This document shows, in pieces, positions 18,497-27,037 of a DNA stretch of 64,000 nucleotides. The first letter of the stretch is position 1. The number at the start of each line of letters is the position of its first letter. Source of the DNA: an uncultured Flavobacteriaceae bacterium (GTDB lineage: Bacteria > Bacteroidota > Bacteroidia > Flavobacteriales > Flavobacteriaceae); NCBI GenBank assembly GCA_964495935.1, contig CAZBXQ010000005.1:3862-67861 (forward strand), read 5' to 3'. The notes under the pieces are model-generated. The model saw only the letters and a list, made by a program, of their open reading frames with translations, ran no database searches and was not told where the DNA came from. The position numbers and the translations under genes are program-made.

Positions 18497-19843
18497 ATGA
18501 GTGAATCCTTAATTGAAATTATTCTTCCAAAATTAGGAGAAAGTATCACCGAAGCCACCGTTTTGGACTGGCAGGTAAAAGTCGGGGATTGGGTGGAGGA
18601 AGGCGATACCCTTCTTGAAGTGGGTACCGATAAGGTCAATTCTGAAATCGTAGCCCCGGCAAGCGGCGTGATCACCGAGATCGTTACAGAATCCGATGAG
18701 GTGGTAAAAGTGGGGGCGATTTTGGGGAGGATCGATAGTTCGGTAGCCGCGCCGAAAGGGCAAAAAGAGGAGAGGCCGATTAAAGAAGATTCTGCAAAGA
18801 AAAAGGAGAACAAAAAACCGGTCCCCACGAAGCCCCGGGCTTCAACTCGACCCTCAGCAGAATACGAAGTTCAATCGTCGGTTTTGCCGGGTCGCAATGA
18901 CAACCGGTTTTATTCGCCCTTGGTAGAAAAGATTGCACGGGAACATCATATCAGTTATGAAGAATTGGCTCGGATCCCTTCCACCGGAAATGACAACCGA
19001 CTTCGAAAAAGTGATATTTTTAAATATTTGGAAGAAGGCCGGCCGGCACAGTTTATCCAGTCTGCACCGGTGCAGCAAGGAGGTAATTTTCAAATTCCCG
19101 ACTTACAATTTGACAAGGGGAAAGGGAAGATTATTGAAATGGATCGCATGCGGCAGATGATTGCCGATCATATGGTTTTTTCCAAGCATATCTCTCCGCA
19201 CGTGACGGCTTATGTAGAGGCTGATATGACGAATATGGTCGAGTGGCGAAATGCCCGGAAAGCCGATTTCCAAAAGAAACACCATCAAAAACTGACGTTT
19301 ACGCCGCTTTTTATTCAGGCGGTCAGTCGGGCAATTCAAGACTTTCCACGGATGAATTCTTCCTTAGACGGAAAAAACATCATTGAAAAAGAAGAGATTA
19401 ATATCGGAATGGCAACGGCTTTACCGAATGGAAATCTGATTGTTCCGGTAGTGAAGCATACCGACAAGAAAGCACTGGTCGAACTGGCAGAAGAGGTCAA
19501 TACCCTAGCCGAAAAAGCCCGAAATAACAAGTTGGCGGCCGATGATACCCGAGGCGGAACATTTACGATCTCCAATGTGGGGACCTTCGGGAGTCTGATG
19601 GGAACCCCGATTATCAATCAGCCGGAAGCCGCAATCCTGGCCACGGGAATTATCAAAAAACGGGCTGAAGTAATGGAATATGAAAAAGGTGATGAGATAG
19701 AAATCCGGCAGATGATGTATTTATCGTTGTCCTTTGACCACCGTCTGATTGACGGCTATCTGGCCGGAAGTTTTTTGAGGCGGATTGCCGATTATTTTGA
19801 AGGAAAAAATATGGAATGGGGAGAGGAAATCTCAAGTAAGTAA
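18497..19843 (+). CDS. 2-oxoacid dehydrogenase E2 (dihydrolipoamide acyltransferase)
   Basis: 448 aa: lipoyl domain (EVGTDKVNSEI), E3/E1-binding domain and catalytic DHRLIDG motif. Confidence 0.9.
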   Translation: MSESLIEIILPKLGESITEATVLDWQVKVGDWVEEGDTLLEVGTDKVNSEIVAPASGVITEIVTESDEVVKVGAILGRIDSSVAAPKGQKEERPIKEDSAKKKENKKPVPTKPRASTRPSAEYEVQSSVLPGRNDNRFYSPLVEKIAREHHISYEELARIPSTGNDNRLRKSDIFKYLEEGRPAQFIQSAPVQQGGNFQIPDLQFDKGKGKIIEMDRMRQMIADHMVFSKHISPHVTAYVEADMTNMVEWRNARKADFQKKHHQKLTFTPLFIQAVSRAIQDFPRMNSSLDGKNIIEKEEINIGMATALPNGNLIVPVVKHTDKKALVELAEEVNTLAEKARNNKLAADDTRGGTFTISNVGTFGSLMGTPIINQPEAAILATGIIKKRAEVMEYEKGDEIEIRQMMYLSLSFDHRLIDGYLAGSFLRRIADYFEGKNMEWGEEISSK

Positions 19844-19995
19844 GGTGCACTCCGGGCAGAGTTGAGTGAAGGTTGAGGTGAAAAAAGTATCACGCAAAGT
19901 CGCAAAGATGCTAAGCGAGATGAAAAGAAGTGAGAACGTTTAACGTAGTAGGAAAAAATGTAAACAAAGAGATAGAAGTAAAGAAAGATTCAGCT

Positions 19996-20373
19996 ATGGA
20001 TGAAAATCAGCTTTCAAAAATGATCGTTCATACGGCTTATCAGATTCACACCCAGTTGGGACCCGGGCTGTTGGAATCTGTATATGAAGAAATCATGTAT
20101 TATGAGCTGCGTAAACAAAATATTTTTGTGGAGCGTCAAAAAGGAATTCCCGTAATCTGGGATCATTTGGAAATGCCATTGGCTTTTCGAGCGGATTTGA
20201 TTGTTCAGCGAAAAGTGATTATTGAGTTGAAATCTGTCGAACAAATAGCACCTGTACATCCCAAACAGTTGCTGACTTATTTGAAACTGACCGGATTGAA
20301 GTTGGGATTGCTGATTAATTTTAATGAGCCTCTAATCAAAACCGGAATTACAAGGATTGTTAATAATCTATGA
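19996..20373 (+). CDS. GxxExxY protein (PD-(D/E)XK-like, 23S rRNA IVS-associated family)
   Basis: Internal ATG of ORF 19930 gives MDENQLSKMIVH... The GPGLLESVYEE motif is present, about 125 aa. Confidence 0.85.
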   Translation: MDENQLSKMIVHTAYQIHTQLGPGLLESVYEEIMYYELRKQNIFVERQKGIPVIWDHLEMPLAFRADLIVQRKVIIELKSVEQIAPVHPKQLLTYLKLTGLKLGLLINFNEPLIKTGITRIVNNL

Positions 20374-20537
20374 GTCTTTGCGAGAATTATTTTTCAGGGA
20401 ACAGCTCTTTGTGCCTTCGCGTCTTTGCGAGAGTTTAATTTTTCAGGAAATAGCTCTTTGCACCTTCGCGTCTTTGCGGGAGTTTAATTTTTTAGATAAT
20501 AGCTCTTTCTGCCTTCGCGTCTTTACGAGAGATTTGC
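20374..20537. repeat. tandem repeat, about 3.4 copies of a 47-49-bp unit (GTCTTTGCGAGAGTTTAATTTTTCAGGAAATAGCTCTTTGCACCTTCGC)
   Basis: Units at 20374-20420, 20421-20469 and 20470-20518, with a partial unit at 20519-20537, directly after the GxxExxY stop. Confidence 0.85.
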
Positions 20538-20554
20538 ATAAACTTTAAAGAACT

Positions 20555-22612
20555 ATGAAATTGACAAAAGAGATACTAAAACAAGCTTTTCGATATATGG
20601 CTACGGCCCGGGAGTTGTCGGATATATACGAGGAAAACTTCAGAGTCGTGTCAAAATATGTACACGCGACCTCCAAAGGTCATGAAACCATACAGATTGC
20701 CACGGGCATGCAGCTACTTCCGCAGGATTTGGTCTATCCTTATTATCGGGATGATTCGATTCTGCTTTCGATTGGAATGACCGCACGGGATTTGTTATTT
20801 CAATTACGCGGTAAAAAGGAAGATCCTTTTTCGGGAGGGCGAACCTATTATTCGCATCCTAGCGTATGCGATAAAGATAAACCCAAGGTACCGCATCAGA
20901 GCTCGGCCACCGGGATGCAGGCCATCCCCGCCACGGGAGCGGCTCTGGGATTGTGGTATAAGGAAAAAGAGGGACTGACAGATGCCGAAGATAAGGAGCT
21001 TCCGGTGGTGGTTTGCTCTTTGGGGGATGCCTCGGTGACCGAAGGAGAAGTGGCTGAGGCCTTCCAGATGGCGGCTCTTAAACAACTTCCGATTTTGTAT
21101 TTAATTCAGGATAACGGTTGGGACATCTCGGCTCATAAGGAAGAATTCCGGGCTCAAAATGCGTATGAATACGCTCGCGGATTTAAGGGATTAGAAGCGG
21201 TTTCTATTGATGGGATAGATTTTGAGGAATCATATAGTACCATTCAGAAGTCGATTGCTAAGATCCGCAAAGAACGCCGGCCTCTGCTGATTCGAGCTGA
21301 GGTCCCCTTGTTAAATCATCATACTTCGGGGGTTCGTTCAGAAACATACAGAGATGATTTGGAGGAGCATAGGAAAAGGGATCCGTATCCGAAATTGATA
21401 AGTCTTTTAAAAAAATATGGAATCTCCGATAAAGAAATAGAAGATATTAAAACGCAAACAAAAGAAGAGGTGAAAGAGGCTTATAAGAAGGCCGATCAAG
21501 CCGATGATCCCGATCCCGAAGATTTGTTTGATCATATTTTTGAACCCACTCCGATAACTGAAGAGCAGGGAGAACGTGAACCAGAAGGAAAGGAAAAAGC
21601 AGTGATGGTTGATAATGCGCTTTTTGCCATGCGGGAGATTCTGAGAAATCACAAAGAGGCTTTGTTTTACGGGCAGGATGTGGGGCGGCGATTGGGTGGA
21701 GTTTTTCGGGAAGCCGCTACTCTGGCACAGGAATTCGGTGACCACCGGGTATTCAACACCCCGATTCAGGAAGCTTTTATCGTAGGTTCTACGGTCGGGA
21801 TGTCAGCCGTGGGACTAAAACCCATTGTTGAGGTCCAATTCGCCGATTATCTTTGGCCCGGTCTCAACCAACTGTTTACCGAAGTGAGCCGCAGTAATTA
21901 TTTGTCCAACGGGAAATGGCCGGTGTCCATGGTTTTGCGGGTTCCCATCGGAGCCTACGGTGGAGGCGGCCCCTACCACTCCGGTTCAATGGAAAGTGTG
22001 GTTTGCAACATTACCGGGGTAAAAGTGGTCTATCCGAGTAATGGGGCCGATATGAAGGGACTTTTAAAAGCGGCGTTTTACGATCCGAATCCGGTGGTAG
22101 TCTTTGAACATAAAGGCCTGTATTGGAGTAAGGTCCCCGGGACTCAAAGAGCAACTTCCGTGGAGCCGGATGAGAAGTATGCATTGCCCCTCGGAAAAGC
22201 CAAGGTATATCAGGAAATCTGGAAGCAGGAAGACCAGGAGACCGTTTCTGTGATTACCTACGGAATGGGAGTCCACTGGGCTTTAAATGCAGCTGAAAAA
22301 CTGGGATTACAAGAGCAAATTGAAGTGGTGGATCTGCGTTCCCTCTCTCCGCTCGATATGGATACCGTGACACAATCCGTTAAAAAATGTGGAAAATGCT
22401 TGGTCATTACCGAGGAGCCCTCTGATCATTCTTTTGCTCGTGCTTTATCCGGTCGGATTCAGGAAACCTGTTTTCAGTATCTCGATGCCCCCGTGATGAC
22501 TATCGGCAGTGAAAACCTACCGGCTATTCCGTTAAGTGAGGTTTTGGAAAAGGCGATGATCCCTTCTACCGAAAAGGTGGCACAAAAGATCCGGGAGCTG
22601 TTAGATTATTAA
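20555..22612 (+). CDS. 2-oxoacid (branched-chain type) dehydrogenase E1 component, fused alpha+beta subunits
   Basis: 685 aa. TPP motif GDASVTEGE...LIQDNGW in the N-terminal half and a transketolase-like beta half. Confidence 0.88.
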   Translation: MKLTKEILKQAFRYMATARELSDIYEENFRVVSKYVHATSKGHETIQIATGMQLLPQDLVYPYYRDDSILLSIGMTARDLLFQLRGKKEDPFSGGRTYYSHPSVCDKDKPKVPHQSSATGMQAIPATGAALGLWYKEKEGLTDAEDKELPVVVCSLGDASVTEGEVAEAFQMAALKQLPILYLIQDNGWDISAHKEEFRAQNAYEYARGFKGLEAVSIDGIDFEESYSTIQKSIAKIRKERRPLLIRAEVPLLNHHTSGVRSETYRDDLEEHRKRDPYPKLISLLKKYGISDKEIEDIKTQTKEEVKEAYKKADQADDPDPEDLFDHIFEPTPITEEQGEREPEGKEKAVMVDNALFAMREILRNHKEALFYGQDVGRRLGGVFREAATLAQEFGDHRVFNTPIQEAFIVGSTVGMSAVGLKPIVEVQFADYLWPGLNQLFTEVSRSNYLSNGKWPVSMVLRVPIGAYGGGGPYHSGSMESVVCNITGVKVVYPSNGADMKGLLKAAFYDPNPVVVFEHKGLYWSKVPGTQRATSVEPDEKYALPLGKAKVYQEIWKQEDQETVSVITYGMGVHWALNAAEKLGLQEQIEVVDLRSLSPLDMDTVTQSVKKCGKCLVITEEPSDHSFARALSGRIQETCFQYLDAPVMTIGSENLPAIPLSEVLEKAMIPSTEKVAQKIRELLDY

Positions 22613-23251
22613 ATGATATTATGTACCCCGTCTATTGGGGTATCCTGTCCGGACTTGATCTCGGAGTTCATTTCCTTATACTGATACAAACCAATCAGAA
22701 GGTTACAAAACCCATTTCCTGACCTGCATTCCAAATAGTGCTTTATCATCGCTAACAAAAAGAGCTAACTGTATAGAGCGACTGTGAAGCCTATGAATTT
22801 AGTGATGAGTGTGATCCCTGACTGAAAGTAGCCTTCTCATTATTTTTTTCGGAGTGATTCCGATACGCAGTGAGGAATCTTTATATCTGTATATTCAACG
22901 AAGAAAGAGATCCTTCGCTGCGCTCTGGATGACAGGAAACATCAAAGTTTGTTATAGAAAAAGAATGTCATTTCGTCCCGAGGCTTCGGGAGAGAAATCT
23001 TTTTCCGGTTCATGGATTCAGATCTCTCTTCCGATAGCTATACGGAAGCGTTCGAGATGCCATTGTTAGGAGAGTACCAATCCAAATTATATCTGATCTT
23101 CAAAAATAACAACTAACAAATTATCAGTTACTTACTGAAGTTTCGGAGACGTTCTAATGTATCATATTCAACAGGGTTTATTGGAGTCAACTTACATGAT
23201 ATGGGTTTTTATCAGGTTATAAAAACAGTAAATGGATTCAATTCATCGGAA

Positions 23252-23392
23252 ACACCCCGCCTACGGCACCCCTCTTTAAAAAGAGGGGAATGGATTTGAG
23301 GTTCAATAAAATTTAGTTAGAGATTTGAAGGATTAAAAAAGAAAGCAAGCCTAATTCCCCTCTGGTAGAGGGGTGCCCGCAGGGCGGGGTGT
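23252..23392. repeat. about 40-bp inverted repeat pair (ACACCCCGCC..CCCCTC..GAGGGGAAT) inside a 23138-23446 segment bounded by the 11-bp IR AAGTTTCGGAG/CTCCGAAACTT
   Basis: Arms at 23252-23291 and 23354-23392 are reverse complements with a few mismatches. Each arm also contains its own short palindrome. Confidence 0.6.
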
Positions 23393-23416
23393 CGATTTCG
23401 GAACCATAAGCATAAA

Positions 23417-23434
23417 TTGATACTTGAATCCGCC
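23417..23434. repeat. 18-nt solo copy of the IS30-family right terminus (TTGATACTTGAATCCGCC)
   Basis: Identical to 29227-29244, the last 18 nt of the IS at 28153-29244. Confidence 0.6.
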
Positions 23435-23712
23435 ACTCCGAAACTTTTGTTACTTATAAAAGTGGATAGATAAGAATATTTACCGATAAATAGATTCAAA
23501 TACTGCTTATTTACTCGGTGAATTTAATTTTGTACAGATTCAGGGTTTATGCCGTTTTATGAGACACCAAAATTTGAAAAAATAGGGGGTTGTTTCAGTA
23601 AAATATTTTTATCAGCGAGCTTTACGGTTCCGTCAATCTTCTTTTTTAGCGTCGTAACTTCGTCCAAAGTTTGCTTATGTCAAATAAAAAAGGGCTTACT
23701 TTAATGTAAACC

Positions 23713-23774
23713 CTTGATTATCAGAGTGACCTCGACAGGATTCAAACCCACAACCTCCTGATCCGTAGTCAGGT
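23713..23774. repeat. att repeat (partial tRNA-Arg 3' copy plus 14 nt), distal end of island
   Basis: 59/62 nt identical to 43833-43894. The differences are three bases in the T-stem. Confidence 0.85.
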
Positions 23775-23892
23775 TTTTTTATGTTTATTATTATAGTAGA
23801 ATTCTTTATTTTAATTTATATGAGCTGATTTACAGTAATTTATTAGTTTATATATTTTATTATGCTTTAGAATTATTTTATGTTTGTAGGGT

Positions 23893-23914
23893 AAATGTTC
23901 GTGAAATGTTCGTG
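23893..23914. repeat. tandem AAATGTTCGTG x2, candidate integrase arm-type sites
   Basis: Lies directly upstream of the int ATG. A related pair, AAATGTTCGTG AAATGTTAGGG, sits at 43775-43796 near the other att end. Confidence 0.45.
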
Positions 23915-23918
23915 AAAA

Positions 23919-25130
23919 ATGACAAGTTATAATTTTACTTTAGCTAATAGACCTCGGAAGAATGGAGAGTACTCCATAGTTATCCAATTTGTAAAAGATC
24001 GAAAGAATACAAGTTTGTCGATTTCCAAATCTTGTAAAACGGAAGATTGGAGTTTTGAGACCTCCCGGGTAAAAAAAAGGAATAAGAACCATAAGATGCT
24101 CAATAAGTTTATAGAGAAATATGAGCAGATTATAGCAACTCTGATTGATGATTTTGAATTATCAGGGGAACCATACGGGTTGGATGACTTAATTATAGCC
24201 ATAAAAAACTATCAGGGCAAAAAATTACGGTTGTCCTATACCGAATTTGCAGAGAAACGAATTAGAACGTTAAAAAAAGCGGGGAAGGTGAGTAGTAGTT
24301 TAATAGAATATGACACCTTACGATCACTTCAAAAATTCTTCAAAAGGAATAAGATTAGCTTTAAAGAGGTTGATTATCGGAATCTTCAAAAATATGTGAC
24401 CTTTTTACGGACTAATGGAAATAAGAATTCTACCATAGGAATCCGACTGCGCACTACACGAGCCATTTTTAACGAGGCCATTAGAGAAGAAATTATACCT
24501 AAATCCTTTTATCCCTTCGATAAGCTTAAGGTTTCGAAATATAAAAGTAGTGATAAGAAGGAGTTCCTGACCATGGAAGAGATAGAAAAATTAAAGAAAT
24601 ACGAATGTAAAACCACCAAAGACCAGTTAGCCAAGGATATGTTTCTATTTAGCTATTATGCCCGAGGAATCAATTTTGTGGATCTGATTCTTTTAACCAA
24701 ATCTGCATTTTCAGGTAATCACATTAACTATTTGAGACATAAAACCAAGGCTCATGTTACCTTTAAAGTAAATGACTTTATTTTGGAGGTTATTAAAAGA
24801 TATAAAGCCCCGGCCAACTCTCCTTTTATCTTTGAATTTATTAGGAGAAATGACCCGGCTCCCGGCTATGTTAAAAATAAGACCCATAATTACCTCGGGA
24901 AATATATTAACCCTGGGCTAAAAACTATAATTGGAGAATGTGGAATCCAAAAACACATCACTTTTTATTGTGCTCGTCACTCTTTTGCTACGGCATTAAA
25001 GTTTAACAACATTTCGGTCGAAACAATCCGTGAAGCCTTGGGACACCGAGATATAAAATCAACGATGTCCTATCTGAATACCCTACCGGAAAAGAAACTG
25101 GATAATGTGATTGAAAAGATTATTGTTTGA
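23919..25130 (+). CDS. tyrosine-type site-specific recombinase/integrase
   Basis: 403 aa. Catalytic region ARHSFAT...LGHRDIKSTMSYL, with N-terminal arm-binding and SAM-like domains. Confidence 0.9.
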   Translation: MTSYNFTLANRPRKNGEYSIVIQFVKDRKNTSLSISKSCKTEDWSFETSRVKKRNKNHKMLNKFIEKYEQIIATLIDDFELSGEPYGLDDLIIAIKNYQGKKLRLSYTEFAEKRIRTLKKAGKVSSSLIEYDTLRSLQKFFKRNKISFKEVDYRNLQKYVTFLRTNGNKNSTIGIRLRTTRAIFNEAIREEIIPKSFYPFDKLKVSKYKSSDKKEFLTMEEIEKLKKYECKTTKDQLAKDMFLFSYYARGINFVDLILLTKSAFSGNHINYLRHKTKAHVTFKVNDFILEVIKRYKAPANSPFIFEFIRRNDPAPGYVKNKTHNYLGKYINPGLKTIIGECGIQKHITFYCARHSFATALKFNNISVETIREALGHRDIKSTMSYLNTLPEKKLDNVIEKIIV

Positions 25131-25162
25131 AACTTTCTCTTTTTTACAAGCAATTCTTATAA

Positions 25163-25609
25163 TCAACCACGCTCTGGAAGTGCGGGTTTGATTATGGGGA
25201 GGATATAATTAGCAAAAATATCATCTTGTAATTTCATCATAAGGATACCGCGGACCGTGGAGTGTGTAATAGCACTTATTGAGATTCCTAAATTGAGATC
25301 GATTTTGGTTTTTCCTTCATCCTTTGAATATAAATCTTTTAAGGGATGATAGCCGAAAATAAAGACAAAATCGAAACCTCGTTTGGCCTCTTCTTTATTT
25401 TTGGATTCGGTGATTAAAGAAACTGTATATTGCGAACGGATTAGTTCTTTTTCTAAGTTATAACTAAGTTTGGTTTCGAATTTTGTTTCGTACTTGGAAA
25501 TAAGAGTAGGATCGAATACTTCCGGAATATCTGTATTTTCAGATAAAGTTTTAAAGCTCAATATTTCGAGCTTTTCCGCACTGAATTTTGAAGATTGAGG
25601 ATCCTTCAT
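25163..25609 (-). CDS. hypothetical protein, possible SecB-like chaperone of a TAC module
   Basis: 148 aa. Third gene of a tight operon (3-nt gaps). Segment order resembles SecB (LEILSFKT..PEVF; ..YTVSLITE; FDFVFIFG; ..STVRGILMM..ILPIIKP), but similarity was judged by eye only. Confidence 0.35.
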   Translation of the reverse strand: MKDPQSSKFSAEKLEILSFKTLSENTDIPEVFDPTLISKYETKFETKLSYNLEKELIRSQYTVSLITESKNKEEAKRGFDFVFIFGYHPLKDLYSKDEGKTKIDLNLGISISAITHSTVRGILMMKLQDDIFANYILPIIKPALPERG

Positions 25610-25612
25610 CTC

Positions 25613-26005
25613 TTAAGCTACGGGTTTTAGTGGAAATGGTTTAAATTCCACATCATTGAAACTTTCAGAGGTCCTTTTTGTTTTTCGCTTACTCACTTTA
25701 AAAACAACTTCACTGTCTTGCCATTCTGTTTCTTGGATTGTACCTGTAGGAATTTCTATCAAAGTCTCTCCCAGTTCAGCTTCCAGTTTGGCAATGCTTT
25801 TTAAGGTAAGGTTGCCTTTTCCATTCAACCAACGGCTAATAGCCGAAGGCTTCTGTCCCATATTTTCAGCCAAATCCTTTTGAGACCAATCTTTTTTGGT
25901 CAATATGTCCTCAATGCGAACCATTAATGCCGCATATTTTTCCACAAAGATTTCTGTTTCTTTGGAAGTCTCATCCACTATTTGTTGAAGCAGTTTGTTA
26001 CGCAT
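25613..26005 (-). CDS. XRE-family HTH antitoxin-like protein with a C-terminal extension
   Basis: 130 aa. HTH WSQKDLAENMGQKPSAISRWLNGKGNLTLKSIAKLE, followed by a tail of about 40 aa. Confidence 0.75.
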   Translation of the reverse strand: MRNKLLQQIVDETSKETEIFVEKYAALMVRIEDILTKKDWSQKDLAENMGQKPSAISRWLNGKGNLTLKSIAKLEAELGETLIEIPTGTIQETEWQDSEVVFKVSKRKTKRTSESFNDVEFKPFPLKPVA

Positions 26006-26008
26006 AAT

Positions 26009-26527
26009 TCACAAAATTATTTCTGAAATATCATCTGACTCGTAATAATCCATAATGGATTTTTGATTATGATCCAGTTTTAAAATCCGACCTCTTAACG
26101 CTTCTAAAATCCGATCAGCAAATTCATTTGCTTCGTGAAATGCCATGCTTGTTTTTCCCCCTTGACTGGTTTGGCTTGTTTTTTCTCCACCATTAAACAA
26201 AATTACGCAGGAGTTAGAAAGCCGTAAACAGTATAACCGTAGTGGGAAGTTATATGGTATTCTTATTTCCCTTAAACCCGGTTTAGGAGGTAAGGCTTGA
26301 GCTTTTCTTTCAGGTCTAAAAAAGATTTCCCTCGCCCCATACTTATTCCCAATTTCATTTTGAAGTAATACGGCCAACTCCTGTACGTAAGATTTTAAGC
26401 TTGCATCCCTATAAAACTTATCAAAGAATCGTTCGGTCTCTGAAATCTCAGCATCCAAGTACCTGACGGTATAAAAAGAGCATTCCGTGCCTTCGTCATC
26501 AAATATTTCGAGAACAAAATTAGACAT
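26009..26527 (-). CDS. HigB/Gp49-like (RelE superfamily) toxin candidate, extended
   Basis: 172 aa. The core LRLYCLRLSNSCVILFNGGEKTSQ resembles the Gp49/HigB FRVLFF...KxxQ strand region. It is the first gene of the operon. Confidence 0.45.
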   Translation of the reverse strand: MSNFVLEIFDDEGTECSFYTVRYLDAEISETERFFDKFYRDASLKSYVQELAVLLQNEIGNKYGAREIFFRPERKAQALPPKPGLREIRIPYNFPLRLYCLRLSNSCVILFNGGEKTSQTSQGGKTSMAFHEANEFADRILEALRGRILKLDHNQKSIMDYYESDDISEIIL

Positions 26528-26548
26528 AAACTAAATTATAAACAAGAT

Positions 26549-26568
26549 AAATAACATATATGTTATTT
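26549..26568. promoter_or_regulatory. 20-bp perfect palindrome AAATAACATATATGTTATTT, candidate operator of the TA(C) operon
   Basis: Located 22 nt upstream of the toxin-like ORF start on the minus strand. Confidence 0.5.
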
Positions 26569-27037
26569 TTTGAATACTCATATACGATTGAAAATTGAGG
26601 TCTTTTCATTTTAAATAGGTGCGACTTCCTTCTTATTTTCCAAAGATACCTAAGACTATGACTTCTTTTAGGTGGCTTTCATGGAAGTTATGAACAAGTA
26701 ATTCTGTTTTTCTGTGTGTAAGTCTGAAATCGTTGGCAGCGGAAGGCTAAGGAAGTTTTAGGATTGCTGAACGTTGCTTTTTATATAGGGTAGTAGTGGG
26801 CTTAGATTTGTTTTAAATATTTATTCTATTCCTGAAATCAAATTTCACGAGGGTTAACTTGCCCTAAGGTCTTGTACAATGATATTCCGTCTTTGTTATT
26901 TAAGTGGTCAACATCCGCCGGAGCGGTGGCACTGGAAAATTTACACTCTCCCCAATCCAAAAAATAATCATCAACTGCAAATGGATTCAAAAAATCCAAT
27001 ATGTTAGGATAGGTATTACAACTAAGTAGAAAGTACT

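Noticed and set aside
20374-20537. Possible CRISPR array
   Set aside because: The units abut with no unique spacers. There are only about 3.4 copies and no cas genes in the window.
20357-20548. 63-aa ORF downstream of the GxxExxY gene
   Set aside because: It is simply the translation of the 49-bp tandem repeat, and the peptide repeats itself (SLRE..F).
22854-23069. 71-aa plus-strand ORF in the junk zone (also 23317-23499 on the minus strand)
   Set aside because: Both are composed of translated intergenic repeat words and inverted-repeat arms, with no start context or motif.
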